Of a stretch of DNA of 64,000 nucleotides, positions 51,770 to 64,000 are shown piece by piece. The number at the start of each line of letters is the position of its first letter. The first letter of the stretch is position 1. The notes below the pieces were generated by a model. The model saw only the letters and a program-made list of their open reading frames with translations, did no database searches and was not told the DNA's origin. Position numbers and translations under genes: made by a program. Source of the DNA: Catajapyx aquilonaris (lineage: Eukaryota); assembly GCA_000934665.2 (NCBI GenBank), contig KZ538171.1, positions 1-64,000 on the forward strand. Reading direction: 5' to 3'.

Positions 51770-54093
51770 TCAACGCCATATACGGCATGTGTTGTCCTTG
51801 GATCCAGTCAAAATTACATCACCATCATAGCTAAATGCACATGAGAACAGGTCATCTCTGTGACCCTCCAGCCACTGAACACAGTGACCTAAATCTGGAT
51901 GCCACAAGCCAGCTCTCCAATCATTGCTGACCGTCAGGATTTGATTTCCTTGAGGGTTGAAGCACACCTACGAAATAATTAGACTTGAATCAATCAGATT
52001 TGTTGTGGGCTTTATGCTACCTACTTTGGACACTTCTTCTCTGTGGCCTTTGAGGGTGGTGATCAGCTCCAGAGTTTGTAGGTTCCAAACACAAGCAGTA
52101 CGGTCCCCACTAGCAGACGCAAGTCGACGACCTGGAGCATCAAAGGAAATATCCAGAACCTGTTGGCAACCAAATATTTTGAAAGTGAATGTCCATTTTA
52201 AATGAAGAGAAGATAATTTTGTTGTCAGTTTTGACATTAAATAAGTCCCAAACCTCATCAGAATGCTCGGTGAAAGTAGCCATTTCCTTCATGCGCATGT
52301 CCCACAGGCGAATGGTTTTGTCCATAGAGCTGGATGCAATCACGCTGCAGTCAAAATTGAAGAGGCAATTGCTTATCTCAGCTGTGTGACCCGTCAGGTG
52401 GTACATCGCTCTGAAAGAGTTTAGTTACAGTGAGTGCGCATGATCCTTAGCCTTCTTTATATGGTAATTTTAAATAATGTTCTCCCTTTCTTGGTGTCCC
52501 ACATAAGGCTTGTTTACATGTTGCTACTGCTAGTAGAACGCGAATGCCAATCACCAGAGCATGCAGAGTGGCCTGCCAATCACCATTAATTTTGACAAAC
52601 CGTAGCATACAAGAGGTGACATGCTGCTGACTGAGGCAAACCCTGATTGGCCTATTGGAACCCTGTGCTTATGTTTTGCTAGCAGCAGCCTCGTGTAAAT
52701 GGGCCTCGGGAGTTACAGGCTAACTTAGTAGATGCAACAGAATGGAAGCTTGACTCACTTTCCTGTCCTCAAATCCCAAACTCTCACTGTTGAATCAAAA
52801 GATCCAGTCAGCACGAGATTTGCTGTTCTGTCAAAATGCAGTGCCACCACCTCTGCTGAGTGCCCTGATAATATATGCAAATTTGAGCCTGTCTTTGCAT
52901 CATATATTCGTCCAGTGTGGTCCATGGAAGCAGTTCCTACCATCAAGGGGCCCCTTGTTCCACCTCCCATCTGGGTTGCCACCACCTCTGCATGGTGGCC
53001 TGTCATTATCTGAAGGCACTCCCCTGTCAGATTCCAGAGGCGTGCTGTGTGGTCAAACGACCCAGTCAGAATCAGGTGGCTGTTTGGGGAGTGACCAAAT
53101 GACACTGAGTACACTACGTTCTGGTGGCCATCTAGGGTAACCATTTCCTTTCCTGTAGAGACATCCCACATCTTGCAAGTGCGGTCATAGCTTCCAGTGA
53201 GGCAGCTAAAGTGATTTAAAATTTTGTTGCACTATTATATAGCCAACCATCCAGTTCTTTGTATATGATTTTAAATGTGTTTCATGATTTTCAAGTCTAA
53301 GATGTAAGTGAATTTCATGCTTGAGAGGTACTATCGGCGTGGAAATGGTACGGACACAAGGGGTAACCTGACCATTGACAAATGTCCGTACCATCTCTGC
53401 ACTGATGATGTGTCATTTGAAATATTTATACAGTGACACTTGCCCATAACATAGTTTTTCTATTGTTGTTTTTTTAAATTCAGAGAATGGGTCCATTGCC
53501 ATGTATTGTACCATGTATTGTACCCTTCCAAGACATAACGTACTGCTTTCCATCCTTGCTGAAGGCGACATTGCTGAGGGGAAGTAGGTGGGTCCTCAGC
53601 ACTTTTGAGAGATAGAAACGCTTCTTGCTGTTTTTCTTGACGTTGTTCTGCAGCTTTGAAAGGAGTTGACGTAGCTGAGGTTTTACACGACAGGTGATCA
53701 TAGGTTCGGCCTCTTCTATCTGAAGTGCTAGTTGTTCAATGTCAGTTCTATGTGCACATTGGAAAGGTAGCTTATTTAGTGACACAAAAATATATACTGT
53801 ATCTAACAGTGGAGAGCACCAAACAATCCAAACTCAGTCAAACAAAATCTGGAACTGGATTGATCTTGTTAGGTATTGCTGACAAAAACCAGCAAACAAT
53901 CATTGAGAAAGGAAATGCAGCCAGATTTGTTTTTACCCCAGTTTGATGTGCCCCACCCTCAAAAAAACTACTCAACTTACTGTGGAGAGAGGTCAAGCAA
54001 GTCCAGATCTTTTTCTTTTGTTTCATTCCCTTGCTCATACTGAAGGGAGAGACCAGGCGGGTAGTACCGGAGGTGGAAGCGCTTCAACCTCAT
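51770..54093 (-). CDS. DAW1: Dynein assembly factor with WD repeats 1 (ODA16/WDR69), ~417 aa
   Basis: Exons 54093-53981, 53747-53544, 53205-52759, 52410-52254, 52159-52025, 51967-51770 (1254 nt). Peptides [62 protein letters not shown]. Confidence 0.95.
52506..52706. mobile_element. Degenerate MITE in a DAW1 intron
   Basis: Left end AGGCTTGTTTACATGTTGCTACTGCTAGTAGAAC vs reverse complement of right end AGGCCCATTTACACGAGGCTGCTGCTAGCAAAAC. Internal CCAATCA/TGATTGG inverted motifs; same AGG-NNN-RTTTACA terminal style as the 35484 element. Confidence 0.65.
53334..53406. repeat. Small imperfect inverted repeat in a DAW1 intron
   Basis: ATCGGCGTGGAAATGGTACGGACA ... TGTCCGTACCATCTCTGCACTGAT. Confidence 0.55.
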
Positions 54094-54180
54094 GCTTGCC
54101 CTGAAATATCTATGCCTCCGTCCCCGCTGCGTAGCCAAGGACTAGAAGAATGCTATAGCCACTTAATAAGAGTTGTTGTC

Positions 54181-54194
54181 GTTGCCATGGAAAC
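54181..54194. promoter_or_regulatory. RFX X-box in the DAW1 promoter
   Basis: GTTGCCATGGAAAC, a near-consensus X-box ~88 bp upstream of the DAW1 ATG; this is the expected position for an RFX-regulated ciliary gene. Confidence 0.75.
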
Positions 54195-54871
54195 ACATCT
54201 ATTGAGCCGATCAATGAAGAGGATTGCTAATAGCAATAAGATGCAGGGTCACGTCATTATGAGCCTAATACAGTACTGGTGTAATAATTGTGGACAATAT
54301 ATTATTGCACCTTAATTTCTAGCGCAGAAAAACTCCATGAGCCCCAACACCTGCAAAGAAACCTGTTCGTTGAACAGTGGTATTATCATGCAGTAGATTC
54401 AGTTGAAACGGCCGTTGAAACAGTGACAACCGGTGAACAGACTTAAAAAATTCCCCGCCTCGTTACTACAGTTGTTAATATTTTTCATCGATTACGGTCT
54501 ACACTAGGGAACGAACCGTCGCACATCTCTGGACTGTTCATCATGCGTGAGTCGGAATGCTGCCCAAAAGATGGCCGCTGCTTGAAGCAGTTGGGAGTCT
54601 CCGGTCAGTCGGCGTTGCAGATCTCTCCGAGAAGAATGGCCTTCCTGCAGTCCCAGTAGAAACTCACCACCGCTGCACCGCCTGGATAGCCCGATAAGTA
54701 TGGTGAGTGACCAGTTGCCACACCGGGGGAGAGGACGGGGAAGGGAAGGGAATGGGCTAGTGGTACGTATTACAATCGATCCGTTGATTCGGGCAGGAGC
54801 AGGAAGAGGAGGAGGCGACCGATGGCCGTAGAGGCAGCAAGAGCAGACGAAATGCTGGCGGTGGGAAGGAG

Positions 54872-57717
54872 ATGCTTAACGTGAGGCAGCTGTGGCAGAA
54901 GGTCAAACCCGACGGGTCCCTCACTCTATACGCCTTCTTCGTTGCGCTCAGGGTGGCCCTTACCTTGGCACCACAGTATGGATATGTGCATCCGGATGAG
55001 TTTTTCCAGGTTTGACACATCATCAGCATGTCTTCTGACAGAGCAGACAATTTTATCGTGTTGAACTCGCATATCATTACCTGATGAGGAAGAGACCAGT
55101 CTTTACAGGGCAACATTCCATTACTACATCATTCCATACGTTTAGTACCATGTGGCCATTTAAAATGTTACGAGAATTTTTCTCGAAAATCTATACAGGC
55201 ACATGTGGCACAAGCTACTACCAAGAGCTACTACTAAAAAACCTGATGGTACATACTTTTGCAATGCTAAGATATGTGAATGATAAATATTATTGGTATA
55301 ATATGATTCAAGCTCTAGACATATTATATGTGACTCAAACTGTATGCTCTCAGGAAAGTTTCAACAAAAGATTCCTGCAATGTTTCAGTCACCTGAAGTC
55401 ATGGCTGGAGACATCTTCCAACTGTCAGTGTTCCGGCCTTGGGAGTTCAATACCACATTCCCGATTCGCAGCATTGTCTTTCCCTACATCACCTCTGGGC
55501 TGCCTTACTTGGCCCTGCGCACAGTGGCTCCAGTGTTCTACAAGAAGTTCCACACTGAACCAATTACACCATACACCCTTCTAGTCTTGCCACGACTCAT
55601 TACACTAGCACTGTCATTTGCTTGTGATTATTCAGTGTATAAGATGGCAGTGGCATACAACCAGAATTACAAGCCCCGGCTACTGACCCTGGCATCGTCG
55701 TATGTCATTCTGGTGTATGGCACCAGGACTTTCTCCAATGCAGTGGAGATGGCACTTGCAGCTCTGCTTTTGTGTGTAGTCACACGGAGTATGAGTTGGA
55801 CTGATGAGGTTTTGCTGAGGCAAGAGGAGCTTGATGCAGAATTCAAAAGGGCACAGAGCATGAAGGAGAAGGTGCAGGTATGTGAATCACATCACTAAAA
55901 AATGATCCAAGTTTTATGGGGCACATCCAATCTGTTTTCGATTGAACCAATGACAGGCGAGGCGTAAGTGGAACCACCTCCCATACCACTCCATGGCAGG
56001 GTGCTTGCCTGTGTCAGCACTGACTGTGGCAGGTGTGTTCAACAGACCGACATTCCTGGCATTTGCTTTCCCACCCATATTCTTCTGGTTGCAACGTGCC
56101 ATTGACTCAAAACAGGTGAGTTTAACTAGTTTGTGAATTTTACCATGGAAAGAAAAATCTGTGTAAAGTGTAGTGAGATTCACAGCATTCAACGCAATAT
56201 TCACAAGGGATATGCAGAGGGTCGTCTCCTCCAATGTGGCTGAGAATCACATAAGGGGTGCATTGTAGGCTGGAAACATTGATGAAAGCCATAGGTTCAC
56301 TTGGCTACTGCACCGCTACTCACCAGGGAGTTGGGCTGGTGTATGAACACTTAGCCCACTTGTTTTTTACTATACTTGTAATTCAAAAATGTCAGCATAT
56401 GGACACTTGTGGCTTTCACCAACAAAGTGCTTTTGTCAGATGCACTGACTTTGTGACTTGTAATTAATAACTAATCTTAGAAACCATGTTCATTAGTTTT
56501 CATTACTTGCATATTAATTTTTCAATGGCAAAATGCTTAACTTGACCGCTTATTACAACTGAATGCTACTGACTGCAAGATTATTAATCCATGATCCATT
56601 AAACTTTGTCAAGATTGGTTTTCGTCACTTCCACCTCCGGATGGTGAGCCTAATACCTGGAGCCCTCTCAACTGCTGCAGTCTTCATCCTGGGTGACTCT
56701 CTGTACTACGGCTACTTGAGCCCCAGGGAGCTCCTCTCCGTCAAGTTGTCCACCTCCAGTGTGGTGGTGACTCCTTTCAACTTCTTCCTGTACAACATGA
56801 ATTCAACCAACTTGGCCCAGCATGGGCTGCACCCTTGGTACCTTCATATCTTGATCAATGTCCCCTTACTGTTTGGACCCTTGGGAGTGGTGGCGCTTGT
56901 CTCATTTGCAGAGGGCCTGTATCAGGTTGCTGTCAAGCAATGGGGTGGACGCCCCAGAATACTGACCATCTTTGGGCTGACCACTGCCTCTGTGGCAATA
57001 CCCTTGGCACTCTTGTCCTTCTTTCCACATCAGGAACCCCGGTTCATAATACCCATCCTAGTGCCACTTGTGTTCTTGCATGGCCACAAAATACAGCGCA
57101 GTAAAGCGTTGTTGACAGCGTGGTACATAATGAATGCAGTTGGAGTCATCTTTTTTGGGTTTTTGCACCAAGGTGGGGTATATCCAGCGCTCACACACTT
57201 GCATCCTGTACTTGAAGAAAGTGCACCCAACGAGATGACTAGAGTAGTGTTTGCCAACACATACATGCCACCATCATTCCCACTCATGCTGCCCAAGTCA
57301 GGGAGGCTTAGCTTTGCCTTGGGGCAGTGGCAGTACGTACCACCTAATCGTGTCACGTTGCACGACCTAGCTGGTGCATCAATGGAGGACATACGAGAAG
57401 ATTTGAACAACATACTGAGGAGTGTGGAGGTGGAGGCAAAGGCAGCAGGGTTGAATCACACTACTCTGCTGCTGCTACCAGCTCCAAGAGGAGAGATGTT
57501 CCGGGAGCATTTTGCAGGGGGGCTGAATGTCACGCTGCTGAAGGAATTTGGTCCACATGTGGCCACTGAATTCCCTCCACTGGGACGCCACGATCCAAAG
57601 TATCCCAGGAGGACTGTATATGACTACAGCTCCATGTGGGGATACATGGAAGATATCCTCAACGACTTCCAGCTCTCCATGTATAGCGTGGAAAGGATAA
57701 GGTTTGACACAACCTAA
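54872..57717 (+). CDS. PIGZ: GPI mannosyltransferase 4 (GT22 family), ~629 aa
   Basis: Exons 54872-55009, 55389-55877, 55957-56115, 56614-57717 (1890 nt). Motifs GYVHPDEFFQSPEVMAGD, PWEF...PIRS, TRTFSN, FNRPTF, NLAQHGLHP, PHQEPRF, FGFLHQGGV. Confidence 0.94.
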
Positions 57718-58892
57718 TGCACACAACCCCAATCAGAGTTCTTTCTTTACATGACAACAGATATGAAGCCACAAATTTAAATATAATTCTGGGACCTTAC
57801 CCTGAAAGTGAATATGGAAAACCTTAGATAACTGCATCCTTTAAGGTTTTCACTTGGTGAGGTAAATTACCATAAGCGGCGTTTTTTCTTCTTCTCACAC
57901 GACTTGTATTTATATAACAAGTAAGATGTCGACCTTGTGGCCCTTGCCATGTTTAATTTGTTTCATCTGAATGATTAACTGCGTAGGATATACTGTAAAT
58001 TCTTGGAAAGGGTTTCAGTGGCTTGAAAATATAGTGCCATGTAAATAAAGTGCCAATCACATCTAATCTAGTCACAATTTCATTCCACAAAAAGGTCAAC
58101 TGGTGTAAAATAATTTTAATGAAACTTTTTTTTTTTTACATATTTCTGACTCACAATTGCATCTCACTATTACCAAATGAGAAAGATGGAAAGGCGAAGA
58201 CGGTGTAGATCTACCTGGACATAAATGCAGCTGTGAGTGTGGCACTTGGCATCACATATAGTATAATTATAGCAAATTAGTAAGGTTTAAAAAAATCATT
58301 ACATATATAGGAAGCCAAGTGAACATCTTTTGAAGCATTATGAGCTACCAAATACAGGTGGCTGTACATGAGAATTTTTTTGCCTGCCTGATGCTCCTAC
58401 TTGCAAATCAGCACTCCCATACATTGTTCAACAGTGGTCTGCATAATCAGCCCATGTTGAGAACTACCCATTCATGAGTTGTTGTCAAGTACACAACAAC
58501 TTTCTCATGTGAAGCCACCTTAGCTGTCCCATCATTATGCACTGGTATTGTACTGACTGAGCTGCCCATTATCATAAATTATTTAAAAGTTGCTAATGTC
58601 ATTAGTTCTAATATTTTGTAGGTATGGCACCTAAAACTTGCACTCTGTTACCCAATAATATTATATCTGTATAAAAATAATGTCTTTTTTTGGGATAAAC
58701 ATAATTTTGTTATTGTATTTTGGTTGGGCATAAAACTTTCCCCTTCCCAAGTTAATTCTACAAATTGTTACAAAAAATGTTATGGACTAGAATCTCGATT
58801 CTAGTGGCACTCTTGAAACATCAATCCAATGCCCTTTAAAATATATTTCATGTTTTGTAAAGACGCTTGTTTCATACAAAAATAAAATTGCC

Positions 58893-60658
58893 CTATTTGG
58901 GGCCGCCACTCCTGTAACTCCAAGGCATTATTTCACCAAACTTGTGCTTGTGAGCCGCATTCTTGAGGGAATAAAGAACCTCGTTATCTATGTACTTGTC
59001 ACATCTGTAGCACCACACAGAGAGATCAGCAAAGCTGATGGCAAGGGGATGATTCTGGACATTTGCATGATCCACCATGTGCTTGTTCACATACCGACTG
59101 CAGTGGACCTGGTGACGAAAGTTACATGATACTTCTGAACCAGGGAAGGTGACAATTAAGTACTTACTGTATGACACGTGGCACACATCCAGTTTTCTCC
59201 TTGAGCCAGGCAGTCTTCACAAGGACGTGTTGTTATGATGACATCTTCTTCCCAGGGACACACAGAGTCCAGGTGTGGACACCAAGGTGCTGGGTAGATT
59301 GGGTATCCTAATCCAATATCATCATCACCTGCTAGATGTTGCTGTAATGGTTGGTTAGGTTTAATTGACAACAGATGATGTCATAGGCAGGGCCGTATAA
59401 ATACATTTGTCGCGGGTAGGCAGTTCATCATCTGCCACCACCCCCTCTCCCCACCAATTCCTTCTGTAACGTTAATATGCACAATGATCATACAGGTAAG
59501 ACAGGCGCGTAGGTAGGAAAAATTTTGAGGGGGAGGGGCAAATAAGGAAAGCACAAGTAAGTGACGCAAGCCGGGCGCAGGCGAAAAATGTTTGGGTTCA
59601 AGGTCACACGAGCTACTGGGAGATTTGAATGGGTGTGCAGGCCTATTTGATGAAATTGAACTAGAATGACCCCCGGGAATGCAACTCCACCACAATTATT
59701 CCCACAATACCTGAGACAATTTCGCCCCTAAAATTTTCCGCTCTAGGAGTTGTCTACTTTACCTATTGGGAAATCCGGCCCTGTCATAGGCAAGTGTCAG
59801 GGACGTCGGAACCATGGGGGCGATGGGGGAGGTCGCCCCCACTACTTTTTGAGTGGGGGGGGGGGGGGGNGGGGGGGGGGGGGCAATGGTTACCATTTGC
59901 CCCCGCAGTTTGAAATGGTCACATACATTAATTAACCCCCATTTTCTTTATCTTCTAAAACTAAAAAATTGAAGAAGAAAAATCGACCGGATTTGTGAAT
60001 GCACCATTAGCGACGGGCCTACTCTTGGGCCTACTCTTGGGCCTACTATAGGAGAGAGGGGGCGAGCCGAGGGTTTGAAACGGGACTCTTTATTTTAGCT
60101 GAAGCTATACCGCCGGGCGTCGGCTACTTCTGTAGGCAGGGATGCCACGAAGCTTGGATAGGAAGGAAGGCAGTACATGCTATAAAATCATCATGAATCC
60201 CGTTAAAAGGGGCCCAGCAGTTTTTGTGGAAAAGTAAAGGAAATAGGCTATAAGGCTACTTGAAAGAGAGTCTCTCTCTCTGTTTGGATGTGAACTCGGG
60301 GCTCCTTGTATATCGTCGGTGTTCTTCCGTATTCCGTATTGGACATTTTGCATCTGATCGTCCCTAAACACCCCTTGCTCGTACTTCTCCCCCCCCCCCC
60401 TCCCACTCCCGCCAGTCCTCTGTTGCCCCACGCCAGCCATGAATTAGCATACTGGTATGTGTTGTGATGTGAAGTGCATAAGTGCCCAAGAATGAAGAGA
60501 CATCGAAATACGCTCTTCACCTACTTTGGAAAGAAACAGGATGGCGATTTAGCCGTCCCCCGTAAAATTCCAAAGGCGATTGAAGGTCCGTATTGCATTG
60601 TTTTACAATGTTTTATCGCTTGCCACATTAGTACATTAAATCAACTTGAACTTTCGGA

Positions 60659-60695
<37 letters not shown>

Positions 60696-63372
60696 CAATT
60701 TTCTGCAGAAACAATAGGTTCATTCTTTTTGCTGTATGTTGTTTATGTCGGAGTTTTGTAAAACACTGGAACAGTTTTCTGTATAATTTTAAAGTCAAAA
60801 ATACAAGCGACAGACAAAAGAGAGGAGGCGGGAAACCTTTCTGTCATTGTCACTAATTTAGTAACACCATTAGCTCTTGGTAACACTTACTGTAACATTC
60901 ACCTAAGTTTGTGTGACCTTATACCCCAAAAAAATTTCGCCTGCGGCGGGCTGCTTCTTTGCCCTTCCATCATTCATGAGGGGGGTGCGTGCGTCTATTC
61001 CCCGTCGCCCGGGGTGCCTAATTCCGCCTAATCCTCTTGCTACGCCCCTGCCGTGTGCTATCATTTCTTCCTCTGCAAAACATATGGACATCGTTCCAAC
61101 TTTGATTTCNNNNNNNNNNNNNNNNNNNNCCCCCCCCCCCCCCCCCCCCCCCCCCCCGGGGTGCATTCTGAGTTCTGAGGTTCGCCCCCACAGTTAGAAA
61201 TGACTTCCGACGTCCCTGGCAAGTGTTGATAATAATTAATATCCTTAGTGTTGCTTTACATTGGGGAGCACATTCAACTACACTTACAACAGACTGTAGG
61301 GTATCGTATAATGAGGTTTAGAACAACATCACTTACGTTCACAAGGTGAGTGTCCTCAGGCACAGAGAGTGTCATCACAGCACATGCTCCCATGCCATTC
61401 AGATCCCGCCCATTTTGAATGTGCACCTCCTCCTGATTGGCCAAGTTCAACCCTTTCATAGCCTCATCTAGCACCTCAAACTTGGCTTCTTCCACTGCTT
61501 GTTTTTTATCCTCTGGTAGGGACACTTGAAACTTCAGTCCACTCCAGTACTGTTTTTGCACATTGATCACATCTTGTATGGTCTTGATAGCTCCTGGATG
61601 CACACCCTTTCCAGAGATGGAGAGCACTGGCAATGGGTCTCCCAGGAGTGCCTTTGTGCAACAGACCAAGGACAATGATACAGATGCCAGATTGTAGCCG
61701 CCCTCCAGGACTAACACCATGTGACCACCAGCCAGGGAACTCAGAAGGTGGGTCATGTGGCCGTAACATTCGGGAGAAACACGGCACCCTCCCAGTGGAT
61801 CGCCTTTTGCAGCATCAAATCCAGCTGACACAAGGACTAAATCGGGGTTGAACTGGTATGCAATTGGGAGTATCACCTGGTGGAACGCCGCCATGTATTC
61901 TGCATCGCCCATGCCACCCTGGGGAAGAAGGTCAATTATGGCATGTTTAAAATTAAGCCTCATCATGGCCCATAATTACACCATTTTCTCCCAGACCCCA
62001 CCAACATAGTTGAAGTAATGCAACAAGTTTGTTTATGCTAGCTAACACATCACTGGTTTGCTCATAGTCAGCACTTTTTGTCAAAATGAGATGGTGGCTA
62101 TATTTAAAAATATCCATCCACTTCATGTTATTCCAGAATCTAGATGAACCTTGCACACTGGATCTTTAAATGCTATAAACATACTGAAATTGCTTGCTGT
62201 GGGGAAAATGAGTATATTGTAACACCAACCTGATTCCATGGTATGTTGACATTGAAGCCCTCCCCCTTTCCACTTCCCACTACAGTGTGATCTCCTTCTG
62301 CTGTTCCAGGGAAGAAGCTCCCATTGTCATAACGATGTACTGACATATAGAGCACACTCAGGTCTTCTTCAAACATGCGCTGCGTCCCATTCCCATGGTG
62401 AACATCCCAGTCAACGATCATGACACGCTTAGCGTCATGCATTTGAAGAGCATACTTTGCAGCTGTGGCCACATTGTTCAAGAAACAAAACCCCATGGCC
62501 TCATCTGCTTCAGCATGATGGCCAGGTGGTCTAATAATGGCAACTGCAGACCTTGCCTCACCATTCATAACTGCATCAACTGCTGACAGTGCACAACCAG
62601 CAGCTAGAATTGCACAGCTATATGTATCTGAGTGGTAATACACACTCTGTACTTCATCCTGCAGTTTGTCCAGTTCACGGGCCTTCATCTTGGATGTTGC
62701 AAGTAACTCGGATAAGTACTCCTCCGCATGGCACATCTGGAGTTCTTCCATGGTTGCTTCTCTTGGCTTCAGCTTCAAACAACGCTCTACCAGTCCAAAG
62801 TCAAGATGGGCCTGGTATGCACTAGTAATTCGGCTTGGTCGCTCTGGATGCCCTGCATCAGATATATTCCTGTGCCTTGACATTCGCTCATCATAGACGA
62901 TTGCTACCTGATGTGGAGCAACTTGAAGGTTAGTTGCAAACATCAAGGCATCCAGGCGCTCATTAAACTTCCCCTTAACATCTTCTGATTGCACTGGATA
63001 GTCGTCCATGACTGGGAATTTTTCTGGGCGCACATATTCAGACAAATATATTGCCTCCACTTTGTGACGCACACCATCTGCTGCTTCTTGTGCTGCTGGA
63101 TATATTTCTTGGAAGCGAAGGGATTTCCAGTATGGTCGGTGTGCATGGATACAGTCCAATATGGCATGGCGTATGGCATTTGAAGGCTCCTTCAGGCTTT
63201 CCACACGTGGACATGGATCTCCCAGAAGGGCCCTAAGGCTGTGGGCAGCCCCCTCAGCCAAAGATTTGAGGCAATATCCACCCTCCAGGACTACTGCCAC
63301 CTTCCCACCAGCCAGGCCCATCAGGCTGCTCACCAAATGGGAGTAGAATGCTGGAGTGACTTCCATCTCACC
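58893..63372 (-). CDS. HDAC6: Histone deacetylase 6 (end of CD1, CD2, ZnF-UBP), 5' part outside window
   Basis: Exons 63372-62230, 61918-61337, 59341-59168, 59108-58893. Two LEGGY motifs; HPERPSRI, RPPGHHAE, VDWDVHHGNGTQ, SAGFDAAKGDPLG; ZnF-UBP WCPHL...ENWMCATCH...CSRYVNKHM...SFADLSVWCYRCDKY. Confidence 0.96.
59388..59783. mobile_element. Non-autonomous TIR DNA transposon (396 bp)
   Basis: Termini CAGGGCCG...CGGCCCTG flanked by direct repeat TCATAGG (59381-59387, 59784-59790); 7 bp, or 8 bp if a terminal base is shared. Confidence 0.8.
59798..61218. mobile_element. Non-autonomous hAT-like DNA transposon (~1.4 kb, spans an N gap)
   Basis: Perfect 14-bp TIR CAGGGACGTCGGAA / TTCCGACGTCCCTG and perfect 8-bp TSD GCAAGTGT (59790-59797, 61219-61226). 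PolyG/polyC subterminal tracts, internal (GA)n and a 12-bp tandem repeat GGGCCTACTCTT. Confidence 0.9.
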
Positions 63373-64000
63373 CTAGCACAAAACATTATGTTAGAAATGA
63401 ACTCAAACATTCACCAAATGTACACTAATTACATCAATATAAAGCCCAGGCCACAAAAGATGCAATATGCTGTATTCCTTCGTTAGCATATGAAAATACT
63501 TGGATTTCCAACTCTTATACAGTAAAACCCTGATAAGATTAACGCAGGTGGTCCAAAATTTGGGTGCATTTCATATTAAACAAGTTCATACTACCTACTT
63601 CTCTCTCATTTTCCCTACCATACCTCCTTCACTCCCTGTTCACGTGCCACAATCCCAGATAAAAGATATGCACACCCTGTTAGAGACGGAGCGCAAATAA
63701 GGCATGTGCATGCAATTCCCATTTTCAAATTTTGATGGGCAAAATCTACGTGAAATGTACACAAATTAAGGGAAACAACAGAAAACAAATCAACATGAGT
63801 GAAATTCTTTTTCATAGCCCAGGAACCATGAGTAACACAATCACATTATTTTCCTCTTAACTGGCTCTCCTTCCCAACAGGATTATCTCCCACACAGATC
63901 TTGTTGCACCCCTCAATTTTTGATACCTCAGGTTAGAGATAATGGCCCCCCTGAGTCTAAGTAGCCAAAGTGACCATAAATAGCCTTCCCCACAAGAATT

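Noticed and set aside
26446..63486. Numerous antisense or alternate-frame ORFs in the ORF track overlapping real exons
   Set aside because: Shadow ORFs of coding sequence with no independent evidence.
1..64000. CRISPR arrays, operons, rRNA genes, U12-type introns, frameshift or readthrough signals
   Set aside because: No regularly spaced repeats or rRNA-like sequence, no (G/A)TATCCT donors among modelled introns, and all gene models close in frame by ordinary splicing.

Overview
Gene-dense eukaryotic window from a compact invertebrate, arthropod-like genome with many 50-100 bp introns; no prokaryotic features. I assembled exon structures by hand, and splice phases close for every complete model. 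In order the genes are: 3' part of COPS6 (+); a large PARG-like gene (-) with a degenerate catalytic motif and a ~630-aa insertion; a divergent CDC20/Fizzy-family APC/C activator (-); cohesin subunit SA/STAG (-), whose introns hold an antisense nested HAO1 gene and a decayed partial HAO1 duplicate; an uncharacterised, probably secreted protein (-); IFT80 (+); CWC15 (-); SUPT3H (-); WDR73 (+); DAW1/ODA16 (-); PIGZ (+); and the 3' part of HDAC6 (-). Introns carry a tRNA-derived SINE with TSD, a LINE 3' end, two abutting non-autonomous TIR elements, several MITE-like hairpins and a perfect 54-bp palindrome. Best leads: the PARG pseudo-enzyme, the HAO1/SA antisense interleaving, the orphan secreted protein with internal repeats, and RFX X-box motifs near the ciliary genes. 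Gene names rest on recalled family motifs, not database searches. I cannot claim a demonstrably new biological system from sequence alone.
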